Shown here piece by piece: positions 48,207 to 55,944 of a stretch of DNA of 64,000 nucleotides (within the stretch, counting starts at the first letter, position 1; every line of letters starts with the position of its first letter). The notes under the pieces are model-generated. The model was given only the letters and a program-made list of their open reading frames with translations. It did no database searches and had not been told where the DNA came from. Made by a program: the position numbers and the translations under genes. This DNA comes from Spirochaetia bacterium. Its GTDB lineage: Bacteria > Spirochaetota > Spirochaetia > DSM-16054 > Sediminispirochaetaceae. Location: NCBI GenBank assembly GCA_034520965.1, contig JAXHMY010000008.1, forward strand, positions 160,001 to 224,000, read 5' to 3'.

Positions 48207-50144
48207 ATGGTAAAAGATAATCAAAACTCTCTGTTTCACTCCTTTCTGCGAGACAGCGAGGGTTTCATTAAAGGGCTCAATCGCAGTCTTCTGGCCCTGG
48301 AACAGAATCCAAGGGATCCAAGCCACATTGATGAGCTGTTTCGAAATGCTCACTCCTTAAAATCTGAAGCTGATTATCTCAATCAAACGGAAATTGCAGC
48401 TGAAGCCCATCAGATAGAAAGCGCTATACAGAATATTCGAGATCATTCTGAAGCGCCGAACCGTCGTCAATTTGATGCTTTTTTTTCCAGTGTAGATAAG
48501 GTTCAGGAGATGCTGGGCCAATTGCGACAGCATCGTATGCAAAGCAAGGGTCAAAGCAAGAACAAAGCTCAGGATGCTGCCGGGGATGAACTGCACTACA
48601 AAGCTGCGACAGGTTCAGAAAACGGGCCGAAGGGCTCCCAGGAACCCTTGATGCCGATCCTCAGTGATTTTGAGAAATCCCTGCTGCGGGAGTCAAGAAA
48701 AAGAGAGGAGCGCTTTTTCCGGGTGTATGTAGAGCTCTCGGATCAAGCTGAACTTCCATATGCCAAAGCCTACCTTATCTTGAGTAATCTGGAACAGCTG
48801 GTTCAAGTAATTCACAGGGAACCCCAATTTGGTGCGGCGGCAGAGAATGAGGACCCAAAGCGCTTTCTGCGGCTTATGTTTTTCTGTACGGGCAAGCTCC
48901 CTGAAAGTGAATTGTACCGGGCGGTAAATATTGATCAAATAAAAAAAATTAGCATCTCGCCGCTGGACTACAAAAGTGTGTTGGGTGAACAGGTTCAGAA
49001 AAGAGGCAGCCTCGATTTTACGAATGAACTGCAGGTGCACATAAACGGAGGTGATCTGGACGAGCTCAACGGCTATGTGGACGAACTGAAGATCAGGGCC
49101 CATCGCCTGAAACGTGAGCTATCCGCAAGCTTCGGCAAAGAAAGCGAGCACCTTTCCCTGTTCACTCGGCTAGTAGATGATCTTGAAGCATTTAGCCATA
49201 GAATCAGCCTGGTACAGCTTGATGATGCCCTGCAGCCACACTACCGGCTAGTTCGTGACCTGGCAAGTTCCCTGGATAAAGAGGTTGAACTGCATCTTGA
49301 ACACTGCAATATTACCCTGGACCGCCGGGCAGCAGAGCTTATATCTGAAATTCTCGTCCACCTGGTGCGTAATGCGGTGAGTCACGGCATTGAAAAACCG
49401 ATAGAGCGGGCGCAGAAGGGAAAGGCCTCTCTGGGTAGAATCACCATTGCCGCCGAAAAAGCGGATGAGCAGATCCGCATAACAGTTGCCGATGACGGTT
49501 CAGGTATTGACGAGGAAGGACTGAAACAGCAGGCTCGTAAAGCGGGTATAGAGACTGAGAGTAATGAGCTGCTTTCATATTTAGTGTATCCGGGTCTCTC
49601 AACACTCTCTGAGGCGGACTCCCGTGCCGGTCGCGGATATGGTTTGGATTTAGTCTACCAAAAATTACAAGAGTTTGAGGGGGGAACACTGGAGGTTGCT
49701 TCCCACCCCGGGCTTGGGACCAGTTTTATAATGACCTTGCCGGCGGGCTTTTCAATACTCTCCCTGTTGGTGATACGATATGAGAATAAATTGGTAGCAA
49801 TACCGGCTAAGTATGTGGAGTCGCAGATAGAATTGAAAAGCGGCACGTTTTCCTCCGGTAAAAATGGAGAGTTATTCTGGAACGAATTACCGGTATTTAA
49901 CCCGGAGGGGCAGCTTTTCTATACCGATACATATCCTCCTCAAAGCCTTGGGCTTGTCATCTCCTATCTAAAATATAAAGTCCTTGTATTAGTAGACGAG
50001 ATGCTCTTTCACAAGGAAGTTGCCGAGGAGAGCATCACCCTGTATATTGCGGGCAGTCTTCATTTGCATAAGATGAGTCTGTATAATACGGAATCCGAAC
50101 TCTATTATTTGAGTCCTTCCATTGCCGTAACCGGCTCTCTATAG
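48207..50144 (+). CDS. divergent orphan CheA-like histidine kinase (HPt, P2, P3, HATPase, degenerate CheW-like)
   Basis: ELFRNAHSLKS (phospho-His), HLVRNAVSHG (N box), DDGSGID (G1), PGLST, GRGYGLD (G2), GTSFIMTLP; AAGGAG RBS. Confidence 0.88.
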   Translation: MVKDNQNSLFHSFLRDSEGFIKGLNRSLLALEQNPRDPSHIDELFRNAHSLKSEADYLNQTEIAAEAHQIESAIQNIRDHSEAPNRRQFDAFFSSVDKVQEMLGQLRQHRMQSKGQSKNKAQDAAGDELHYKAATGSENGPKGSQEPLMPILSDFEKSLLRESRKREERFFRVYVELSDQAELPYAKAYLILSNLEQLVQVIHREPQFGAAAENEDPKRFLRLMFFCTGKLPESELYRAVNIDQIKKISISPLDYKSVLGEQVQKRGSLDFTNELQVHINGGDLDELNGYVDELKIRAHRLKRELSASFGKESEHLSLFTRLVDDLEAFSHRISLVQLDDALQPHYRLVRDLASSLDKEVELHLEHCNITLDRRAAELISEILVHLVRNAVSHGIEKPIERAQKGKASLGRITIAAEKADEQIRITVADDGSGIDEEGLKQQARKAGIETESNELLSYLVYPGLSTLSEADSRAGRGYGLDLVYQKLQEFEGGTLEVASHPGLGTSFIMTLPAGFSILSLLVIRYENKLVAIPAKYVESQIELKSGTFSSGKNGELFWNELPVFNPEGQLFYTDTYPPQSLGLVISYLKYKVLVLVDEMLFHKEVAEESITLYIAGSLHLHKMSLYNTESELYYLSPSIAVTGSL

Positions 50145-50164
50145 TGCCTGAGCAGTGCGTGGGC

Positions 50165-50209
50165 AAAAAAAAACGGTATGCTTCTGGACGTTTCAAAAAG
50201 CATACCGTT
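50165..50209 (-). terminator. intrinsic terminator on the - strand
   Basis: Perfect 12-bp stem AACGGTATGCTT (50172-50183) / AAGCATACCGTT (50198-50209), with a 9-nt U-tract on the - strand (A-run 50165-50173). Confidence 0.8.
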
Positions 50210-50240
50210 AAATAAATTAAAAAGGCTATTATTCTAATAA

Positions 50241-50266
50241 GAAAATAGCCGTATCCGGCTATTTTC
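50241..50266. terminator. perfect 11-bp hairpin; possible bidirectional terminator or sRNA stem
   Basis: GAAAATAGCCG-TATC-CGGCTATTTTC between the convergent cheA-like and maf genes. Confidence 0.6.
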
Positions 50267-50320
50267 GTCGTTTCGGTTGTCGCACAGCGGCATCCGAAAC
50301 TAGTTAATGCCCTATTTATC

Positions 50321-50347
50321 ATTTCGGTAACAGTGAGGCATTCTTTA
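50321..50347 (-). promoter_or_regulatory. sigma28-like promoter
   Basis: The - strand reads TAAA-gaatgcctcactgtt (15 nt)-ACCGAAAT, versus the consensus TAAA-N15-GCCGATAA. Confidence 0.55.
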
Positions 50348-50401
50348 ATAATTTTGTATAAAAAGTGCGAAAGGATTTAAGTGCTACCGGTTCTGCAGCC
50401 T

Positions 50402-52225
50402 CTACTTGCTGTTACTAAATACTTCTATATGGAACTTCGCCGAATCTAAGAGGTGCTGATAAACCCGTTGGGAACTTTGTAGGTTTTCTTGTAGATTTTG
50501 GCTGGATGATAATTCATCTTGGATCTGCTCAAGTACGGGGTTAATCAAAAATCCGACTACATGACGGCTTGCGGAGAGCAGCAGTTTTTGATCCAGAGTA
50601 TCCAGGGTATACAACGTTTCCTGGATTTTGGAGCGACTCAGCTGGTCATCGGAATAGCCTTCAACTCCGGCTATTACCCGTAAACCTTGTTGTGCAATGC
50701 TTTTCAGGCTGTGAAGTTCTTCGATAAGAGAATTGATCCGCCCCTGCAGCTGTTCTGCTCTTTTTTTTTGGTCCCGCTGCTGTTGAGCGGTATATAATTG
50801 AAGAGCGCGATCTATTTGCCGATCAATTACAGGACGGGATGGTGGGAGTTTCAGCAGCTGAGATATTGTGGCCAATTGTATCCCCGGTATTTTTACTCCC
50901 TTTGGCGAAAGGGTAAAAGTGCTGCCCGAGTCCTTTGCTATCTGTTCTTCAAACCACTGTCGATATATAATAAGCCGCCGGTCGGTTAAAGTAAGGCCGC
51001 CGCCGTAGTTTTCGTGGTAGAAGGGATCGCCGCTATGAAGGTAGTTAAAAATAAGTCCTTCGTAAGGCCTGAAGCGGTACGAGTGAGTAAACAGCAACTG
51101 TTCGAAAAAGCTGCCGCAATAGTGGGTCCGTTTTTCCGGAAAACCCAAGTCTAAACCGCTTAAATATATTTCATCGGCACCTATGTAGCGAGCAAAGTCC
51201 CAGGCGGTAGTGGTAACTGAACCACCGGCTCCCAACTTATGGGCTGCCTCATCTCCCGGCTCCAGGTATCCCCCGAGGGGAAACACCGAGCCGCTGAAAA
51301 AAACAGCCCGGTAAGAATTTTGAAAAACCCGAGAATGAGTGGCGGATTCTGAAATAAGAATGGTTGCTTGTAAATCAAGTCCATCGAGATGGCGGGTGTT
51401 CCAGTACTGGGGGTCAACTACAAGGGTAAAGTCGGGGGTAACTCCATTGCGCAAAAGGGCTCGCAATGAGGTGTCTGTAGCGATTAAAACCATCCGTTGC
51501 TGCAGCTGCTTCAAATCGGGAAGCACTGCATCCAGAGTCGGCCCGGCCGCAATGACCAGAGCCGGTATTCCCCGAAGGAGATCCCTAAGCTGATTCAAGT
51601 TTCCAGCCATAGCCATTGTGTCCAGGTTTTGAGCGAGATTACGAATCCATCTACGTCCGAAACGCTTCACGGTGGTACTGTTCACTCTCTTTCGTGATCG
51701 CTCGGCTTCAACGATGCTGTGAGCAAGGGAGTAATAATCGGGAGCGGTCTGTGTAATCGGCAGCAGAGGGATAACCGCATGGTTTCTGCTGATCAGTGGC
51801 GAGAGAGCTGCTCTCAAATCCGTGACTCCCAGCCCAATGAGCAACGAGGTCTTTTCGTTGAACAGAGACGTATAGTCACGGGCTGTGAGGGCTTTCAGAA
51901 AAAGTTCGGGGCTCTGCTCAACAATAATTGCCTCGCCCTGGGGAAACCTGCGAAAAAACTCCTCAATTTGATAACCAAGGCCAAAACCAAAAAAGATACA
52001 GGCCGGCGTAAGAGGCTCACTATTGTTATCAAGCAGACGTGCCGCTTCCCTGCACGGATTATGCTTTGAATGGATCCATCGGCCCTCAAGTTGTGCGGTA
52101 GCTGCGTGCTGTGCCGATACGCCGATAGATAAACTTTCCGACGGATGGAATCGTGCAAAAACTTCTGTACTTAGTTTAGGAAACAGCTGTACCAGATGCC
52201 TGCGGTTCTGTTCAAAGAAGTTCAT
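50402..52225 (-). CDS. motility-associated factor (Maf / MAF_flag10 / DUF115) putative flagellin glycosyltransferase
   Basis: IHSKHNPCREA, FGFGLGYQ, AAGPTLD, TPDFTLVVDPQ, GGSVTTTAW, IYLSGLDLGF..THY. Confidence 0.85.
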   Translation of the reverse strand: MNFFEQNRRHLVQLFPKLSTEVFARFHPSESLSIGVSAQHAATAQLEGRWIHSKHNPCREAARLLDNNSEPLTPACIFFGFGLGYQIEEFFRRFPQGEAIIVEQSPELFLKALTARDYTSLFNEKTSLLIGLGVTDLRAALSPLISRNHAVIPLLPITQTAPDYYSLAHSIVEAERSRKRVNSTTVKRFGRRWIRNLAQNLDTMAMAGNLNQLRDLLRGIPALVIAAGPTLDAVLPDLKQLQQRMVLIATDTSLRALLRNGVTPDFTLVVDPQYWNTRHLDGLDLQATILISESATHSRVFQNSYRAVFFSGSVFPLGGYLEPGDEAAHKLGAGGSVTTTAWDFARYIGADEIYLSGLDLGFPEKRTHYCGSFFEQLLFTHSYRFRPYEGLIFNYLHSGDPFYHENYGGGLTLTDRRLIIYRQWFEEQIAKDSGSTFTLSPKGVKIPGIQLATISQLLKLPPSRPVIDRQIDRALQLYTAQQQRDQKKRAEQLQGRINSLIEELHSLKSIAQQGLRVIAGVEGYSDDQLSRSKIQETLYTLDTLDQKLLLSASRHVVGFLINPVLEQIQDELSSSQNLQENLQSSQRVYQHLLDSAKFHIEVFSNSK

Positions 52226-54093
52226 TCAAACTCCAAAATTAACTGCATGTTTTCAGTTACCGGAGTACCCGGCGGAGGGTTCTGGGACTCGACCCATCCT
52301 TCGCCTCGAAAAACAACATCAATATCTTCGTGGGAGAGCAAGGGCAGCAGACGGCGTTTGGATATTCCCCTAAGGTCAGGCAGGCTGCTTCCTATCTCAA
52401 TCTGAGGCTGCTGCTTAAGTTTTATAACCCCCGAATGTCGGATAACTTCATCATTTTCGGTGGGTATCCCCATATAGGGGATCAGTTTTAGACCCAGCTC
52501 CTTGATCATGGGGGCGGCAATTCTTCCCCCGTAAAACTCATCCCCTTGGGGAGTGTCGATTACGATATAGGTGATCAGTCTAGGATCGTCGGTCGGATAA
52601 ATTGCCAAACAGGAGGCAACAAAAGAGCTTTCGGAGTAGTTCCCGGTGCGCGGATCAACTTTTTGGGCGGTACCGGTTTTGGCGGACATCCGGATACCAT
52701 CGATTCTTGCCCGGTGTGCGGTTCCACCATCGGCAGTGACAGTTTCCATCATCAAAAGAGTAGCTTCAGCAACCTCCGGCCGGACAGCCTGTCGGATAGG
52801 TTCACGTTTGTTTTCCTGTATAATTTTCCCGTCGGGAGACACGATTTTTTTCACTATATGCGGCTGCAATAGCATTCCCCGGTTGGTGAACGCGCTCGCG
52901 GCGGTGAGCATTTGAACTGCTGTAACGGATATTTCCTGACCAATCGCAACGGTAGGTTTGGTACGCCCCGACCACCTTTCAGCTTCACTGAATATTCCCC
53001 TTGTTTCACCAGGAAAGGGTAAATGGGTTTTGCTTCCAAATCCGAATTCGGTGATTTGTCGGTGAAAATCTTCTTTACTCACCAGATCAGAGGCATAGGC
53101 AGCGCCGGCGTTGCATGAGTACTGCAGAATTTTCTGTGCATTGACTGTTCCGTGAGTTCCTAGACAGTTAATATGCACCGTCTCGGCGTTTGGAAATTCC
53201 CGTTCGTAATAGCCGTTGCAGTAAAACTCGGTATCCGGTGCCAGTGCCCCGAGTTCTAAGAGTGAGGCAATTGAGTAGATCTTAAATACCGATCCCGGTT
53301 CGTACGCGTAAGTGATGGGGCGGTTTTTTTTAGCAAAAACATCAGTCCGGTTAAAGGTATTCGGATCAAAATCCGGTGAATTTGCCCATCCCAAAATATC
53401 TCCGTTACGGGCATCCATCACTAGGACCATCACTGAATTTGCATCGTGTTCTTCGTAGGTTTTCCGGGCAACTTCCTCAGCCATATACTGAATATTGAGG
53501 TCAAGGGTAAGAAAGAGTTGGTTGCCGTATTTTACCGGTGCGCTGTCTTCGGTTTCGGCCGGGGGGGCCAGAGTATCATTGTAGGTAAGTTCGATGCCAT
53601 CCAGCCCGACATTGTCGGTACCTACAAAACCTAATACATGAGCAGCTAAATCTTGCTCAGGATAGTTACGACCGTACTCCGGTTCCAGGGAAATACCGGG
53701 CAGCTTGCGGGCGGCAATCAGCCTTTGCACTTTCTCATGGGTGCTGGGTGAGACTTTTCGTTTGATGTACAAAAAGCCTCGACTCTGCTCAATACGGCGT
53801 TTAAGCATTTCAGTGTCAAGTTTAAGAAGAGGGGCCAAAGTTTCGGCAGTATACGCAGGATTTTCTATGTTTGGAACCCAGGCGGTAACGGAGAACAGCC
53901 GGGTCTGCATAGCTAAGATGCGACCGTTTCTATCCAGAATCGGACCACGTTCAGATGAAGTCTGAACGGTCCGTTCAGGTGCTGCTTTATCCGGTTCTAA
54001 TACCATCACTTTAAAATATTGAGCAACCAGCAGAAGCACGAATACTGTAAAAAAAATTATAACTATTCCGAATCTTCTAGTAGCTTTCGACAT
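52222..54093 (-). CDS. ftsI: class B penicillin-binding protein with a C-terminal PASTA domain (FtsI-like)
   Basis: RGPILDRNG, RNYP, GLDGIE, LTLD, SxxK (GSVFK), SxN (SCN), KTGTAQ, PASTA (LPDLRG...QNPPPG). Confidence 0.88.
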   Translation of the reverse strand: MSKATRRFGIVIIFFTVFVLLLVAQYFKVMVLEPDKAAPERTVQTSSERGPILDRNGRILAMQTRLFSVTAWVPNIENPAYTAETLAPLLKLDTEMLKRRIEQSRGFLYIKRKVSPSTHEKVQRLIAARKLPGISLEPEYGRNYPEQDLAAHVLGFVGTDNVGLDGIELTYNDTLAPPAETEDSAPVKYGNQLFLTLDLNIQYMAEEVARKTYEEHDANSVMVLVMDARNGDILGWANSPDFDPNTFNRTDVFAKKNRPITYAYEPGSVFKIYSIASLLELGALAPDTEFYCNGYYEREFPNAETVHINCLGTHGTVNAQKILQYSCNAGAAYASDLVSKEDFHRQITEFGFGSKTHLPFPGETRGIFSEAERWSGRTKPTVAIGQEISVTAVQMLTAASAFTNRGMLLQPHIVKKIVSPDGKIIQENKREPIRQAVRPEVAEATLLMMETVTADGGTAHRARIDGIRMSAKTGTAQKVDPRTGNYSESSFVASCLAIYPTDDPRLITYIVIDTPQGDEFYGGRIAAPMIKELGLKLIPYMGIPTENDEVIRHSGVIKLKQQPQIEIGSSLPDLRGISKRRLLPLLSHEDIDVVFRGEGWVESQNPPPGTPVTENMQLILEFE

Positions 54094-54107
54094 ATTGTTT
54101 TGCCCGC

Positions 54108-54599
54108 CTAGTTATATCCCATTACCCGCCCCTCTATGCGACTTACATCTATAAGCCCATAATAACGGGAGTCCAGGGACACCTTACGGTTATCCCCGAG
54201 GAGAAATACTTTTCCCTCAGGTATCGCCTCCAAATTCAAAAGTTCAGTTGCATGAATTTCACTGATCGGAATGTGTATGTTACCAATTATAAACATATTT
54301 TCCTCACGCTGCACTGCTGTTCCAGCGGCTCCAACACAGCGTTTTACTACTGGAAGAGAGTGAGCCGGTTCTCTGAAGAATACAAGCTCATGCTGTTTAA
54401 TTCTACCCCACCGAATAATATATCCTTTGCTCCAAGGCAGTCTGGCCCCATACGCCCAGCGATATATAAAAATTGTCTGGTCTGACCTCAAAGTTGGAAA
54501 CATAGAGTCCCCATCGATATACTTTACATCATAAAGTGAGATTGCTGCAAAGCAGACTCCAAGGGCTATAAGTACTATGTGTGTAAAGGGTGATTTCAT
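54108..54599 (-). CDS. lepB: signal peptidase I (S26)
   Basis: GDSMFPTL (catalytic Ser), VVKRCVG (Lys), LGDNRKVSLDSRYYG. Confidence 0.9.
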   Translation of the reverse strand: MKSPFTHIVLIALGVCFAAISLYDVKYIDGDSMFPTLRSDQTIFIYRWAYGARLPWSKGYIIRWGRIKQHELVFFREPAHSLPVVKRCVGAAGTAVQREENMFIIGNIHIPISEIHATELLNLEAIPEGKVFLLGDNRKVSLDSRYYGLIDVSRIEGRVMGYN

Positions 54600-54629
54600 A
54601 AACTGTCCTACAAAAGTGAGAACTAATAT

Positions 54630-54657
54630 TAATATGTAAGTTCCGTTTTGTCGATAT
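54630..54657 (+). promoter_or_regulatory. possible sigma28-like promoter upstream of the LysM/M23 peptidase
   Basis: TAAT-N16-GTCGATAT, ending 14 nt before ATG 54672. Confidence 0.4.
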
Positions 54658-54671
54658 GAATATTAAGAGTT

Positions 54672-55904
54672 ATGAGCAAAACAGTTTTTACTAACCATGG
54701 ATTAACTATGCAGCGTATACAGAAAATAAGAAGAAAAACACGTCGAAATTCTTTGGTGGAGAAGGCTACACTTCTACGGCGGCAATCTGTTCGCAAGGGG
54801 AAGTTAAAAACGCTCATCCCTAAGCATAAGTGTAAGCCCAAAGCCAAAGCAACTAAAACAACCCGTATAACCCTCAAAATTCCTAAAATGAAGTTGCCGA
54901 AGTTGCCCAAGTGGTTGAAGCTAAAACTTCCAAAACAACTCAAAATAGATGAGCATAAGTTGTTTTTAACCGGTACAGGTGTATTAGTAGTAGGGCTTCT
55001 TGCCTTGGGGGCTCTGCAGCTGGACGGCAGTTTTTCCCAGGCGGAGGAGTTTCAGCTGAACTTACCTGAAAGCAGCGGTACTATAAGCGGTGAACTTCTT
55101 GCTTTTGCTTCTCCGGAATCTGAATCGCGTGGTTCTGGTGATATTACTTTTGGGGATCGTCCGATTGTGACTTCTGTAAGTACCAACTCTTATGTGGTGC
55201 AGCGAGGAGATACCCTGTCTGAGATAGCGGCGGAGAACAATCTGGATGTAGGGACGTTGATAAGTTTTAATAAAATCGATGATGTCCGGCGCTTGATTGC
55301 AGGCAGCGAAATTACTATTCCGGACATTGATGGGGTGCCTTATACGGTGCAGCGAGGTGATTCGCTGGAGAAGATTTCCAACCGCTATGAGGTTTCACTG
55401 GAAAATTTATTAGATGCCAATGATCTGCAGACGGACCAAATTCAACCCGGTCAGAAGCTGTTTATTCCGGGTGCGGCGATAAGTGAATATGAGTATAAGA
55501 AGGCGATGGGTACTCTGTTTATTTATCCTACCTCCGGCCGGCTTACCTCCGGTTTCGGCTATCGATCCGATCCTTTTACCGGAGTGCGTCGCATGCACTA
55601 CGGTGTCGATTTAGCCAACCGTACCGGTACCATTGTGAAAGCTACCATGGCCGGTCGGGTGGTAGCCGTGGGAAATCAGACACGGGGCTATGGAAAATAT
55701 ATAGTTGTTAAACATAACCATGGATATCAGAGTCTCTATGGACATCTGAGTACCATTGAGGTCAGTCAAAATCAGTACATCTCACAGGGGCAGCGACTTG
55801 GCCTGATGGGCAACAGCGGCCGCAGCACCGGCTCCCATCTGCACTTCTCGCTGTATAAAAATAATGTGCCGGTAAACCCTCTGGGTGGATACCTATATAA
55901 ATAA
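54672..55904 (+). CDS. membrane-anchored LysM-LysM-M23 peptidoglycan endopeptidase
   Basis: Basic N-terminal tail, TM helix, two LysM domains (YVVQRGDTLSEIA, YTVQRGDSLEKIS), M23 Zn motifs HYGVD and HLH. The start could be the downstream ATG (MQRIQ). Confidence 0.92.
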   Translation: MSKTVFTNHGLTMQRIQKIRRKTRRNSLVEKATLLRRQSVRKGKLKTLIPKHKCKPKAKATKTTRITLKIPKMKLPKLPKWLKLKLPKQLKIDEHKLFLTGTGVLVVGLLALGALQLDGSFSQAEEFQLNLPESSGTISGELLAFASPESESRGSGDITFGDRPIVTSVSTNSYVVQRGDTLSEIAAENNLDVGTLISFNKIDDVRRLIAGSEITIPDIDGVPYTVQRGDSLEKISNRYEVSLENLLDANDLQTDQIQPGQKLFIPGAAISEYEYKKAMGTLFIYPTSGRLTSGFGYRSDPFTGVRRMHYGVDLANRTGTIVKATMAGRVVAVGNQTRGYGKYIVVKHNHGYQSLYGHLSTIEVSQNQYISQGQRLGLMGNSGRSTGSHLHFSLYKNNVPVNPLGGYLYK

Positions 55905-55935
55905 GCCGGGCAAAGAAGCCCGGCTCTATTTTATT
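55904..55935. terminator. intrinsic terminator between the convergent M23 and secA genes
   Basis: AGCCGGGC-AAAGAA-GCCCGGCT 8-bp GC-rich stem; CTATTTTATT downstream and A-rich sequence upstream. Confidence 0.75.
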
Positions 55936-55944
55936 GTCCGTATT

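Larger units (their letters stand above)
50165..50314 (-). ncRNA. candidate sigma28-dependent small RNA (~150 nt, three hairpins)
   Basis: sigma28-like promoter at 50347-50321, hairpins 50271-50299 and 50241-50266, terminator 50165-50209; no credible ORF. Confidence 0.45.

Noticed and set aside
50035..50322. 95-aa - strand ORF in the cheA-maf gap
   Set aside because: It has no RBS, its ATG lies within the putative -10 element, and it crosses a strong terminator into the cheA-like gene.
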